A DNA stretch of 46,863 bases from Promethearchaeota archaeon (GCA_016930515.1 JAFGGO010000183.1:1-46863), one strand, 5' to 3'; shown: positions 9,643-20,215, numbered from the stretch's first letter. Numbers and translations are program-made. Notes: generated from the letters alone by a model not told the origin.

Positions 9643-11265
9643 ATGAGCCAAGTAAATGATATCAACAAGGTTAAACAAATAGCAAGAGCCACTATTGATT
9701 ATATTATAAATCATCCGAATATTAATAAATCAAAAATAACAAATGTAAAAGCAAAATTTGCCAAAAAATTTTCTTTTAATGGTGTAATAAAAAACGCAAC
9801 GATCCTGGAGATGGCAACCAAAGAAGAAAGGAAAGTAATAACCCAAATATTAAAAAGAAGGAAAACGAGGACATTATCTGGAGTTAGTGTTATAGCAATA
9901 ATGACGAAACCACTACCCTGTCCAGGGGGGTGTATTTTTTGTCCAGGAAAAGAATCTCAACCTGAGCACCACGCAGCTCAATCTTATACCGGTAAAGAAC
10001 CCGCAGCAATGCGCTCAATTTATTGCAATTACGATCCGTACGAACAGGTTAAATGTCGAATCAGTGATCTAGAAGCTATAGGTCACAATGTAGATAAGAT
10101 AGAACTTATCCTTATGGGTGGCACTTTGCTTTCGGCAGATCTTAAGTATCAAAAACAATTCGTTCAAGGTGCCATAGAAGGCGTTTTAGATAAGCGAGTT
10201 GAAACACTTGAGGAAGGAAAATTTTTGGCTGAAAAATCAAAAAGAAGGATAGTCGGAATTACTGTGGAAACAAGACCTGACTTTTGTAAAGAACGCGATA
10301 TCGATCTAATGTTGTCGTATGGAACAACGAGGGTAGAAATTGGAGTTCAGACCATTTACGACGATATTTATCACATAGTTCAAAGAGGTCATACAACAAT
10401 CGATAGTATCGAAGCTATAAGAATCGCTAAAGACGCTGGATTAAAAATTAACGCTCACTTGATGCCGAATCTCCCAGGTTCAAGTTACGAAAGGGATATT
10501 GAGACTTTCAATACAATTTTTACAAATCCCAATTACAAACCCGATATGTTAAAGATTTATCCATGTCTAGTTATAAAAGGAACTCGCTTGTGGGAATTAT
10601 GGAAAAATGATGAATATAAACCCTACTCTGTAGATGAATTGGTTAATTTATTAGCAGAAGTAAAACAGAATATACCGTCTTATATGCGCGTTCAAAGAAT
10701 AATGAGAGATATTCCCGCAACTTTAATAGAAGCTGGATGTAAAAATAGTAATTTAAGACAACTCGTTCTGGAAAGGTTAAAAGAACAGCAAAAAAAGTGT
10801 AATTGTATTAGATGCAGGGAATATGGAGTAGGTAATCGTAAAATTGAATCTAATAATATTAATTTTGAAAATATTGAATTATATCGGCAAGAGTATGAGG
10901 CATCTCAAGGACAAGAAATATTTTTATCCTACGAAAATAAAATTGAAGGCTACTTGCTTGGGTATTTAAGGCTTAGAAAACCATCTGAACGCGCTCATAG
11001 GAAGGAATTAAATGATGGAAAAACCTCTATCGTGAGAGAAATAAAGATTGTCGGTGAATTGGTTCCAAAAAATGCAAAAGCGAGCAGAGCGACTCAAATC
11101 CAACATAGAGGTTATGGGAGATTGTTAATGGAGAATGCGGAAAAATTATCGAAAGAAGTGTTTGATTCAAAAAAAATTGCTGTTATTAGCGGAATTGGGG
11201 TTAGAGATTGGTTTTACGAGCAAAACTACAAACCAGACGGCCCTTATGTGTCAAAAAGGATATAA
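9643..11265 (+). CDS. elp3: Elongator Elp3, tRNA U34 acetyltransferase (radical SAM + KAT)
   Basis: RTLSGVSVIAIM, CPGGCIFCPG, QSYTGKEP, ITVETRPD, QHRGYGRLL, ISGIGVR. Confidence 0.95.
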   Translation: MSQVNDINKVKQIARATIDYIINHPNINKSKITNVKAKFAKKFSFNGVIKNATILEMATKEERKVITQILKRRKTRTLSGVSVIAIMTKPLPCPGGCIFCPGKESQPEHHAAQSYTGKEPAAMRSIYCNYDPYEQVKCRISDLEAIGHNVDKIELILMGGTLLSADLKYQKQFVQGAIEGVLDKRVETLEEGKFLAEKSKRRIVGITVETRPDFCKERDIDLMLSYGTTRVEIGVQTIYDDIYHIVQRGHTTIDSIEAIRIAKDAGLKINAHLMPNLPGSSYERDIETFNTIFTNPNYKPDMLKIYPCLVIKGTRLWELWKNDEYKPYSVDELVNLLAEVKQNIPSYMRVQRIMRDIPATLIEAGCKNSNLRQLVLERLKEQQKKCNCIRCREYGVGNRKIESNNINFENIELYRQEYEASQGQEIFLSYENKIEGYLLGYLRLRKPSERAHRKELNDGKTSIVREIKIVGELVPKNAKASRATQIQHRGYGRLLMENAEKLSKEVFDSKKIAVISGIGVRDWFYEQNYKPDGPYVSKRI

Positions 11266-11366
11266 AAAAACAATTAATTACTATTGAATATGATTCATAA
11301 CTATAAAGGATAAGGTTAAAAACTGATATAGTATTGTAATTTACATCAACGAAAAAAGTGTTTTAT

Positions 11367-11522
11367 ATGATTTGTGAAAAATGTGGACGAACGATGTCAA
11401 GAACGAGAGTTCGTCATGTAAATATATGTCAAAAAGTAACCACGCATGTGTTTTGCTCAAAAGAATGTAAAGATCATTGGTGTTTTGATATTCAAAAAGG
11501 AAAAATTAAAATTGAGAATTAA
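11367..11522 (+). CDS. 51-aa TRASH/MYM-type metal-binding protein (below the ORF-track cutoff)
   Basis: MICEKCGRTMSRTRVRHVNICQKVTTHVFCSKECKDHWCFDIQKGKIKIEN: CxxC...FCSxxC signature. Confidence 0.75.
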   Translation: MICEKCGRTMSRTRVRHVNICQKVTTHVFCSKECKDHWCFDIQKGKIKIEN

Positions 11523-11575
11523 TTTCCTCCCTTTTTAACTTTATTCACTTAATCCCTAAAAGAGAATGATTTATT

Positions 11576-13498
11576 ATGGTAAAACTCGATTATCAAAAGA
11601 TTGGACTTAAGTGCGGCTTGGAAATCCACCAGCAACTCGACTCAAAAACAAAGCTTTTTTGTAGATGCCCTAACGAGCTTCAAGGCACTCGGGAACCCGA
11701 CTTTACTGTTAAACGTACAATGAGACCTGTTTTAGGAGAAATGGGAAAATACGACGAGGCGATGCTCACTGAATATCAGAAAGGTTTGGGTATCGTATAC
11801 GAATGTTATAACGATGTTATTTGTACCTACGAATTAGACGAAACCCCTCCCTTTTTATGCAGTATTGAAGCAAAACATATAGCACTAGAAATAGCACTCC
11901 TTTTAAATTCTAAAATTATAGAAGAAATGCATGTCTGTAGGAAAAATTATCTGGATGGAAGCGTTCCATGTGGCTTTCAAAGGACTATGATTTTAGCGAA
12001 AGACGGCTTTATATCGCTAGAAAATGGAAAGAAGATAAGTATTGATATAGTTTGCTTGGAAGAAGACGCTGCACGTAAGACTAAATTCGAAAAAGGTAAT
12101 AATTATTATCGCTTGGATAGGTTAGGCATTCCATTGGTAGAGATTACAACAAATCCCGATATTAGTCATCCTGAGGAATGTCGAGAATGCGCAGAAAGGC
12201 TAGGATTATTATTATGGTCGACAAAAGTAAAGAAAGTACTTGGTTCGATTAGGCAAGACATTAATGTTAGCATAACCGGTGGCACCCGTATCGAAATAAA
12301 GGGAGTTCAAAAATTGGACTGGATTCCCTTGCTTATTGATAGAGAGATAGAACGGCAACAAGGCTTGCTTTGGGTATCGAGTGAAATAAAAAAAAGAGGC
12401 CTTAATATATTGGATGTTCCCGAAAAACCTATTGATTTGTCTCGAAAATTGGTAAAATCAACATCTAAATTTATTTCTAATGGTATTAAAAATGGGAAAA
12501 AAATTTATGGGGTTAATTTTCCTGGATTTAAAGGCTTGTTTGGGAAAGAATTGATGACTGATTATCGATTCGGAACGGAAGTTAGCAGCAAGGTTAAAGC
12601 CATTTCTGGATTAAAGGGAATCATCCATTCTGATGAAAATTTAGATAAATACAAGTTCACTGAAGCAGATATAAAGACATTAAAGGAGAATTTATTTGTT
12701 CAAGAAGGTGATTGTTTCTTGCTAGTTCTTGGAAATAAAGAAGAAGTCGAAAAAGCAATTGATGTTGCTATTGAACGAATTAAAAAAGCCTTTCAAGGTG
12801 TACCTCCCGAAACCCGAAGAGCTCTTGAAGATGGAAGAACAGAATTCTTAAGGGAACTTCATGGGGGTGCTAGATTATATCCTGATACTGATTCGCAAGC
12901 AATATATAACGAGGATAAAGAAATATTGGAGTTAAAGAAAAAACTTCCTGCGTATCCATGGGACACTATCAAGAATTATTCTAAAAAATTCCATCAAGAT
13001 GAAAATATGATAAAAGATCTCATATTCAGCGATAATCTTGGTTTATTTGAAATTCTAATTAAAATTTATCCAGATAATCCTACTAAAATCGTTACTACCT
13101 TATTACAGACAACAACTGCCCTTAGAAGGGACGGTAAGCAAATAGAAAATATAGGAAACAATGATTTTATCGACATATTTACTCTTTTAAAAAACGGAGA
13201 AATAAGTAACGAAGCCGTGGAGGAATTGATGATCGCAAAAGCAGATAATCCCAACTTGTCAATAAGAGAATTAAAAGGAAAATTGAACATTGAAATCCCA
13301 TCGGAAGAAGAGATAGAAAAAAAAATAAAATCTGAAGTGAATAACAACGAAGATTTAATCAAAAACCGCAAAATGGGCGCTCTTGGACCTTTAATGGGAC
13401 CGTTAATGAAAGAATTCAGAAATAAAATAGATGGTAAAATCATCTCTGAGATGCTCAAGAAACACCTTCAAAAGAAGATAAAGGAGTTAGGATTATAA
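11576..13498 (+). CDS. gatE: Glu-tRNA(Gln) amidotransferase subunit E
   Basis: GLKCGLEIHQQL, KLFCRCP, GFQRT, CLEEDAAR, LDRLGIPLVEI, IRQDINVSI, RLYPDTD. Confidence 0.96.
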   Translation: MVKLDYQKIGLKCGLEIHQQLDSKTKLFCRCPNELQGTREPDFTVKRTMRPVLGEMGKYDEAMLTEYQKGLGIVYECYNDVICTYELDETPPFLCSIEAKHIALEIALLLNSKIIEEMHVCRKNYLDGSVPCGFQRTMILAKDGFISLENGKKISIDIVCLEEDAARKTKFEKGNNYYRLDRLGIPLVEITTNPDISHPEECRECAERLGLLLWSTKVKKVLGSIRQDINVSITGGTRIEIKGVQKLDWIPLLIDREIERQQGLLWVSSEIKKRGLNILDVPEKPIDLSRKLVKSTSKFISNGIKNGKKIYGVNFPGFKGLFGKELMTDYRFGTEVSSKVKAISGLKGIIHSDENLDKYKFTEADIKTLKENLFVQEGDCFLLVLGNKEEVEKAIDVAIERIKKAFQGVPPETRRALEDGRTEFLRELHGGARLYPDTDSQAIYNEDKEILELKKKLPAYPWDTIKNYSKKFHQDENMIKDLIFSDNLGLFEILIKIYPDNPTKIVTTLLQTTTALRRDGKQIENIGNNDFIDIFTLLKNGEISNEAVEELMIAKADNPNLSIRELKGKLNIEIPSEEEIEKKIKSEVNNNEDLIKNRKMGALGPLMGPLMKEFRNKIDGKIISEMLKKHLQKKIKELGL

Positions 13499-14863
13499 AT
13501 GGACGAACAACATTTAAGAGGTTACAAAGGAAAATCAAGAGAAGTATTGGAAGAAAATCAAATCGATACTTGGGATATTTTAAAGATATCGTCAAACCAA
13601 GGTGAATTCGAAGGTGTCCTGCTTCCAAGAAGCGAATATTCTCATCCAAACTTTATTGAATTAAAGTTAAAAAATAATTATAATGTTGGAATTGATGTTC
13701 TAAAAATAACCAATATAAAAAAAATTGGGACCAAGAAAGCTTCATATAAAATTCCAGAAAAGAAATTCCCAAAAAACAAGAAACTTCCAAACTTAAAATT
13801 ATTGGGTACGGGAGGAACGGTGGCTTCCCGGCTAGATTACACCACGGGTGCAGTTATTCCATCATTTACTCCAGGAGAATTATTTAGTTCTGTCCCCGAA
13901 CTCGCAGAAATATGCAATTTAGAAACTGAAATAGTGTTTGAAATCTTATCGGAGAATATGAAACCAGAATATTGGCAGGAATTAGCGAAAAAAGTAGAAA
14001 AGGCAGCTAATGACGGAAAAGACGGCATTGTAATAGGACACGGAACTGATACAATGGGCTTTACAGGCGCCGCGCTATCTTTTATGTTAAAGGATCTTTC
14101 AATTCCCGTGGTACTGGTCGGAAGTCAAAGGAGTTCCGACCGTCCCTCTTCTGACGCGGCCCTTAATTTGATTAACGCAGCAGTTGTTGCCACCTCTGAT
14201 TTAGCAGAAGTAGTAGTTACGATGTTAGGCTCAACTCAACACGAATATGGACTCATTCATCGTGGTGCATTAGTCCGAAAAATGCATTCTTCGGTTAGGC
14301 ATACTTTTAGAACCATTAATGACATTCCATTGGGAATGGTTAAAGATAGAAAGATTAGAATGTTTAAGCAGGATTATAAAAAGCGGTCAAAAAGTTCAGA
14401 AACAATTGCTCTTACGAATTTTGAGAAAAAAATAGCCCTAGTAAACACTTACCCTGGAATGAGTAACGAGGTAGTAAATTTTTATATTGATAAGAATTAT
14501 AAGGGCATCGTTTTTGCAGGAACGGGTTTAGGACACCTTAATACGGAATTATACAAATCGATAAAATCGGCTATTGAACAAGATATAATAGTGGTGATGA
14601 CCTTACAAACATTACATGGGTTTACTGGTATGAATGTTTATTCGACTGGAAGGGAATTACTCAATATTGGTGTAATACCTGGAAAAAATTTACTTCCCGA
14701 AACCGCTTATGTTAAGCTCGGTTGGGTTCTCGGTCAAAAAAACGACCCAAAAGAAGTAAGGGAGTTATTTCTTGCTAATATAGCCTCCGAATTTATCGAA
14801 AGAGAGATTCCAATCGCATTTAATTACGATATTGACAATCTTTTAAGGGATAATATTATTTAA
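13499..14863 (+). CDS. gatD: Glu-tRNA(Gln) amidotransferase subunit D
   Basis: GTGGTVASRLDY, HGTDTM, GSQRSSDRPSSDA, RKMHSS; abuts gatE. Confidence 0.96.
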   Translation: MDEQHLRGYKGKSREVLEENQIDTWDILKISSNQGEFEGVLLPRSEYSHPNFIELKLKNNYNVGIDVLKITNIKKIGTKKASYKIPEKKFPKNKKLPNLKLLGTGGTVASRLDYTTGAVIPSFTPGELFSSVPELAEICNLETEIVFEILSENMKPEYWQELAKKVEKAANDGKDGIVIGHGTDTMGFTGAALSFMLKDLSIPVVLVGSQRSSDRPSSDAALNLINAAVVATSDLAEVVVTMLGSTQHEYGLIHRGALVRKMHSSVRHTFRTINDIPLGMVKDRKIRMFKQDYKKRSKSSETIALTNFEKKIALVNTYPGMSNEVVNFYIDKNYKGIVFAGTGLGHLNTELYKSIKSAIEQDIIVVMTLQTLHGFTGMNVYSTGRELLNIGVIPGKNLLPETAYVKLGWVLGQKNDPKEVRELFLANIASEFIEREIPIAFNYDIDNLLRDNII

Positions 14864-15429
14864 TGCTTCTCAATTCGAAGAAAATCAATTATACCCTTCC
14901 CTCGACACTTTCCTTGGGCGTCTATATACAAGAGTAATGCGTGTTCGGAACAATCCTTGCTTGAATGGATGTTTATATAAGAAAAAGGATATTTTTTAAT
15001 CTGGGACGCATCAAAATTAATACTGTTAATTTTTTTTTTACATTTTGGACACATAGCAATAAATTTATTTTTCATTCCATCCTCGTTGATTTCGTTAATT
15101 TGATCGATTTCTCGCAGTTGCTTGAAGTAATTTTTTTTTAGATCCAATTTAGCTAGGTGCTTTGCTCGCATGTTTATTTCTCGAATAATAACACTAAAAT
15201 TAGTAGCAAAATACGCTTCAAAATCGCTTCTCAAGCACTCAAGGACATAATCTACTTCTTCTTCGGATTCTGGACAGAACTGCCCGTTCATGATGTAATT
15301 AGAAGATTGGAATCCCGTTATGAAAAAGTCCAACATAATGGATTTTATGACCTTATAAGCAGAATCGGTTTCATTAAAAATATACAAGTCGTTCCGTTTC
15401 TTTTTCATGTTTATCATTTTTATATTCAA
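14860..15429 (-). CDS. Hypothetical protein with C-terminal CxxC...H...H putative Zn domain
   Basis: CPKC...YPFSYINIH...EHALLLYIDAQG; start codon uncertain. Confidence 0.65.
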   Translation of the reverse strand: MNIKMINMKKKRNDLYIFNETDSAYKVIKSIMLDFFITGFQSSNYIMNGQFCPESEEEVDYVLECLRSDFEAYFATNFSVIIREINMRAKHLAKLDLKKNYFKQLREIDQINEINEDGMKNKFIAMCPKCKKKINSINFDASQIKKYPFSYINIHSSKDCSEHALLLYIDAQGKCRGKGIIDFLRIEKH

Positions 15430-15593
15430 AAAATTTGATATGAATTTTTTCCAATATGAATTTTATTACTAGATATGATTTTAAAGTCCTCACCTTAATA
15501 CAACACAAATCACTTGAATTTAAAAGAAATTTCGCAAAAAATTTAAGGATTCATTAATTTCATAATATATCATTTTAGTACTAGTGAACGAAA

Positions 15594-16325
15594 ATGGGAA
15601 AAAGAATACTCGTACAGAGAAAAGGCCGAGGAAACCTCTGGGCTCGTTCTCCAAGCCATAGGCATGTTGGTGAAGTAAAATACCGCCCTTTTGTAAAGAA
15701 AGAAAAGGAGTTCAAATTTAAAGTTATGGAACTCTTGCATGCCCCTGGAAGGGGTGCTCCCGTTGCTGTTATCAAATACGAAGATAACAACTCGACTTCC
15801 TTATGGCTTCCACCGGAAGGAGTATACGAGGGTCAGGAATTCGTACAACATCGAACAGGCTATGGTCAAGAAGTTACTGTTGGAAATGTAATGCCCTTGA
15901 AAAAAATGCCTTTAGGAACGCTTGTTTTCAACATTGAAGGCACGCCACAAGACGGTGGAAAATTTGCAAGAGCCTCTGGAGTTGCTGCCGTGGTTAAAAA
16001 TAAAACTGGAGAAAAAGTTGAGGTTCTATTCCGATCAAAAAAATCGAAATGGTTCGATAGCAAATGCCTATGTACTGTAGGAGTGGTTGCTGGAGGGGGA
16101 AGGACAGATAAACCTTTCTTAAAAGCGGGTAATAAGCATTATTATATTCGTTCAAAAGCAAAGAAATGGCCTATAGTAAGAGGTGTCACAATGAATGCCG
16201 CATCTCACCCATATGGTGGGGGTGCCAAACAATCTCCGCACAAATCTACTACTACCAGTCGCAATGCGCCCCCTGGAAGAAAAGTTGGACAAATAGCCGC
16301 GCGAAGAACAGGACACCAAAATTAA
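15594..16325 (+). CDS. rpl2: 50S ribosomal protein uL2
   Basis: MGKRILVQRKGRG, HAPGRGAP, DGGKFARASG, GGGRTDKPFLKAG, WPIVRGVTMN..HPYGGG. Confidence 0.97.
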   Translation: MGKRILVQRKGRGNLWARSPSHRHVGEVKYRPFVKKEKEFKFKVMELLHAPGRGAPVAVIKYEDNNSTSLWLPPEGVYEGQEFVQHRTGYGQEVTVGNVMPLKKMPLGTLVFNIEGTPQDGGKFARASGVAAVVKNKTGEKVEVLFRSKKSKWFDSKCLCTVGVVAGGGRTDKPFLKAGNKHYYIRSKAKKWPIVRGVTMNAASHPYGGGAKQSPHKSTTTSRNAPPGRKVGQIAARRTGHQN

Positions 16326-16470
16326 ATAACATATAGATTTCTTTCATATTTTTACTTCTATAGTTAATTTTCTTCCAATATACAATGTATTCATGTTTTT
16401 CTATGCTAAATTCAAATGATTATAATTTAAACAATCAAAAAAAGAAGAAAAATAAAGTAAATATAAATGT

Positions 16471-17352
16471 TTAAAAAGAAAAACTTATATTCCTTAAAAG
16501 ATCCTTATACCTCGAACGCAAGGTTACTTCGGTCACGCTGATAATATTCGAAATTTCTTTTTGACTTACTTTTTTATTTTTGAGTTTTGCCACCAGATAA
16601 ATAGCTCCGGCACATAAACCCTTAGGATCTTTACCGCAAATTGAAGTTTTATCAATAAAATTTTGGAGGATTTTTATTGCTTCTTTTTCAACTTCGATGT
16701 CCAAGCCCAAATCTGCGCAATACCTTGGAATGAGTGAAACAGGATCCACGTGTTGTGATTTTAAATTCAATTCTCTCACCAAAATCTTGTAGCATTTCTT
16801 TACGATGTTGGCGTTAATGGAAGCCTCGTCTAAAATTTCTTGGAGTGTTATTGGTACCTTTTCTTCCTTGCATACAAAATAAGAGCACGCAGCGACCATT
16901 CCGTTAATAGATCGACCACGCAAGAGCTTTCGCTTGAATACTTCCTTATAAAGGCGAATCGCTGCCTTTTTTACTCGTTCGGGAAAATTTAAATTACCTC
17001 CTATGCGTTTTAATTCGGTAATTGCAATTAACATGTTTCGCTTTTCCCATGTTAAGTGAGTGTTCCATTTTGCAGCTCGCCTTAAATCTGGATTTTTAAT
17101 TTTTGCCCTATCGATGATGGTGCTTAACCCGATATCGGGCATTAAAATCGAAATCGGACACCCCGTTCTCTCTTTTTTGTCCTTTTCTTGTTTTGTATAA
17201 GCTCTAATTCCGCTATGAGAAATATCTAATCCTTTTTCACCTACTACAAGTCCGCAGTGCTTGCAGACCGTCTCACCTCTTTCTTGAATGGAGATCGTAT
17301 CGCCACCACACTCAGGACAAAGACTCGTAAAAACTCCCAGTTCTACAACCAT
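16471..17352 (-). CDS. tfb: Transcription initiation factor IIB (TFB) paralog
   Basis: Zn ribbon CPECG...CKHCG, two cyclin repeats (RGRSING, GKDPKGLCAGAIY), VTEVTLRSRY. ATG 17352 follows GGGGAG. Confidence 0.93.
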   Translation of the reverse strand: MVVELGVFTSLCPECGGDTISIQERGETVCKHCGLVVGEKGLDISHSGIRAYTKQEKDKKERTGCPISILMPDIGLSTIIDRAKIKNPDLRRAAKWNTHLTWEKRNMLIAITELKRIGGNLNFPERVKKAAIRLYKEVFKRKLLRGRSINGMVAACSYFVCKEEKVPITLQEILDEASINANIVKKCYKILVRELNLKSQHVDPVSLIPRYCADLGLDIEVEKEAIKILQNFIDKTSICGKDPKGLCAGAIYLVAKLKNKKVSQKEISNIISVTEVTLRSRYKDLLRNISFSF

Positions 17353-18059
17353 TTTTTTTTCTCCCCTACACCCTATTATAAAAAATTTAATCAATTTCTT
17401 TGTGTGTAAAGAACTTTTTTACAACAACAACAATCGTTTTTATTACAAAAGTCACTTTTTTACAACAAAAAATTAATTAGTTGATAGTAAAATAGATGAT
17501 TATTAAGTATTTAAATGTTTTTGTGTGTACTTTTACTTAATTATTCTTTTGAATAAAACAATTTGGGAGTACAAAAGGGTAAATCGTATTTCTCTCCGAA
17601 GGATCCCTTAAAAATGTTTCTATTTGACGCCTACTCTTGGTTTACAAAATATGAGCGTTAATGGGTTAATAAAATTCTTAAAATTCTAATAGAATAGGCG
17701 AAGAGCCTTTAAAATGGAAGAGCATGTGTTTTTGTTCGTGTCGCGCGTACGAACATTTTTTACCAAAATAATTACAAAATGTTAACAAATCCGACAAAAA
17801 AGTCCCCAAATTTTTTTTTATCTTGAATTGAAAATAGAGTTGTTTGATATCGTAAAAAAAATTCTAAAAGTAATAATAATAATACCTGTTTTTTATAAGA
17901 ATAAATTTAAATTGTACTTTTTTTATATAGGTTTTGTTAACATTTCCGTTAAATCAGTCTTTATTTAATTAAGATACACTTAAAACAAAATTAAAATTAT
18001 TCTAACAACTAATTGAATCTGAGCCGATCTTCAATATCTTATGGGAGGATACTTGGGTA

Positions 18060-19079
18060 ATGGTAAAAAACAGCGAAAAACCAGAGAAAAGTAAAAAATA
18101 TGAGGTTGAAGAAGACGAAAATGAAGATATTGAGGAAGATGATCCAGAAAAATCCAAAAACAAGAAATTAAGGGGAGAAGACATTAACGACGACGAAGAT
18201 GATGAATTTAATGAAGATGATCAAGAAAAAACCGAAGAAATGATAAGGTACGAAAAAGAAACGGGTAAGTATGCCATATGGCGGGGTATTATCACCGAAG
18301 GTTTTAAAAAGTGGAAAAAAGGGGAAAAAGTATATAACAGGGACAAGGAACGAATATCCTTGTATGTGTCCGACGAAACTAAGAATATGTGGCAAGATTT
18401 TATAAAGGAAAGTAATTATTCAACCATTTCGAGATTAATTAGGGATAGTGTTGATGCCTTTATATCACATAAATCTGAAGTGAACGAAAGCATTAATCGA
18501 TTAAATCCTGATACGATTGCAAACATGTCACACGCCTTAAAAGAACCTTTGACTTCAATCAAGGGGTATTCTCAATTATTGATCGAAAATTATAAAACCG
18601 AGTTAAGTAACAATGTTCTGGACACGATTAAAAACATTTTTGAACAAAGTATATTGCTTGAAAATAAAATCATAAGCTTTTTAGACGATATACAAGTTCA
18701 AACTCCAGAATACGATGTATTGCTCGTAGAAGACGACCTAGCGACGATAAGATTGATTACAAGTTATTTCGAAGGTAAGGGATATGCGTGTAAGGGTGTA
18801 GCTAGTGGTTCAAAGGGGATCGAAGAATTAAGAAATGCCACACCAAAGTTGATCTTGCTCGATATCATCCTACCAGACTTGTCGGGATATGAAATTTGTA
18901 AAACTCTGAAATCGGATAATGTTTATAAGAACATACCCGTCTATTTCTTGACTGCTATTTCTGGAAGCGAGGTAGAAAAAAAAATGAAGGAAACTGGTGC
19001 CAACGGATATATATTAAAACCGTTTAATTTTTCTGATTTTGATGTGATTTTTGACATCATTAAAAAGAAAAAAAGCTAA
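18060..19079 (+). CDS. Acidic N-terminus + RHH + HisKA-like + receiver domain protein (paralog 1)
   Basis: ERISLYVS...TISRLIRDSV (RHH), SHALKEPLTSIKG (H-box), VEDD/LLDIILPD/LTA/LKPF (REC); no HATPase domain. Confidence 0.85.
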   Translation: MVKNSEKPEKSKKYEVEEDENEDIEEDDPEKSKNKKLRGEDINDDEDDEFNEDDQEKTEEMIRYEKETGKYAIWRGIITEGFKKWKKGEKVYNRDKERISLYVSDETKNMWQDFIKESNYSTISRLIRDSVDAFISHKSEVNESINRLNPDTIANMSHALKEPLTSIKGYSQLLIENYKTELSNNVLDTIKNIFEQSILLENKIISFLDDIQVQTPEYDVLLVEDDLATIRLITSYFEGKGYACKGVASGSKGIEELRNATPKLILLDIILPDLSGYEICKTLKSDNVYKNIPVYFLTAISGSEVEKKMKETGANGYILKPFNFSDFDVIFDIIKKKKS

Positions 19080-19315
19080 AATTTCTGTCATCAACCTTAG
19101 ATAGTTTAATTTTTATAAGTTATTATATTAGATGAATTGAGGTTAGTTATTAACGAGTTAAGAGATACAAAGAATTTAGTACTTATCTTTATTTTAGATA
19201 TCACCCCGATAAATAATAATTTTTATATAAAATCTAAACAAATATTTAAATGGTAGAAAAAAAAATTCATGTATGATGATATCATCCAATTCACCAAGGG
19301 TTAAAGTTCTAAAAG

Positions 19316-20215
19316 ATGAATGAACTAATGATAGATGGAGAAGATAGAGAAGAAGAGGAAGAACCCGAAGTAGAGAAAACGGAAGAAATGATCCGCTACG
19401 AGGAAGAAACGGGAAAGTACGCCGTTTGGCGAGGGTCGGTAACTGAGGCTTTTAAAAAATGGGCAAAAGGAGAAAAAATATACGATAGGGACAAGGAACG
19501 AATATCCTTGTATGTATCCGAAAATACAAAAACTGAATGGCAGGAGTTTATCAAGAAACACAGTTATTCAACGATTTCTAAACTCATAAGGGAAAGCGTG
19601 AGGTATTTTATAGAAAAAAATTCAAAATTACACGGGAAGGCTGCCTCTCAATTGGACGAAGACTCTTTGGCAAGTATGTCGCATGCTTTAAAGGAACCAC
19701 TAACTTCAATAAAAGGTTTTAGCCAATTATTGCTTGAAACGCATAAAGACGAATTAAGCGAGGAGGTTTATTCAACTATAAAAAATATCTTCGACCAGAG
19801 CATCCTTCTTGAAAACAAGATCATTAACATCTTGGACAACATTAAGGTAGAGCAGGAATCGGTTGATATTTTATTAATCGAAGACGATATAGCGACTATC
19901 AAGTTATTGCGAAGCTATTTCAAGGGTAAGGGATACACCTGCAAGGGCGTGGTAAGTGGTACGAAAGGCATTGAAGAATTGCGCGTTGTAACTCCGAAAG
20001 TCATCCTTCTTGATATTATCCTGCCTGATCTATCGGGTTATGAATTATGCAAGATGATCAAGTCGGAAAAACGATTTGAAAACATACCAATCTTCCTGCT
20101 TACGGCCATACCTGGTTCTGAGGTTAAAAAAAGGCTCGAAGATACGCACGCAGATGGCTATATTCTAAAACCATTTGATTTTTCAGATTTTGAGGTTGTT
20201 CTACAAACTATTTAA
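19316..20215 (+). CDS. RHH + HisKA-like + receiver domain protein (paralog 2)
   Basis: Same architecture and clear alignment to 18060..19079. Confidence 0.85.
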   Translation: MNELMIDGEDREEEEEPEVEKTEEMIRYEEETGKYAVWRGSVTEAFKKWAKGEKIYDRDKERISLYVSENTKTEWQEFIKKHSYSTISKLIRESVRYFIEKNSKLHGKAASQLDEDSLASMSHALKEPLTSIKGFSQLLLETHKDELSEEVYSTIKNIFDQSILLENKIINILDNIKVEQESVDILLIEDDIATIKLLRSYFKGKGYTCKGVVSGTKGIEELRVVTPKVILLDIILPDLSGYELCKMIKSEKRFENIPIFLLTAIPGSEVKKRLEDTHADGYILKPFDFSDFEVVLQTI

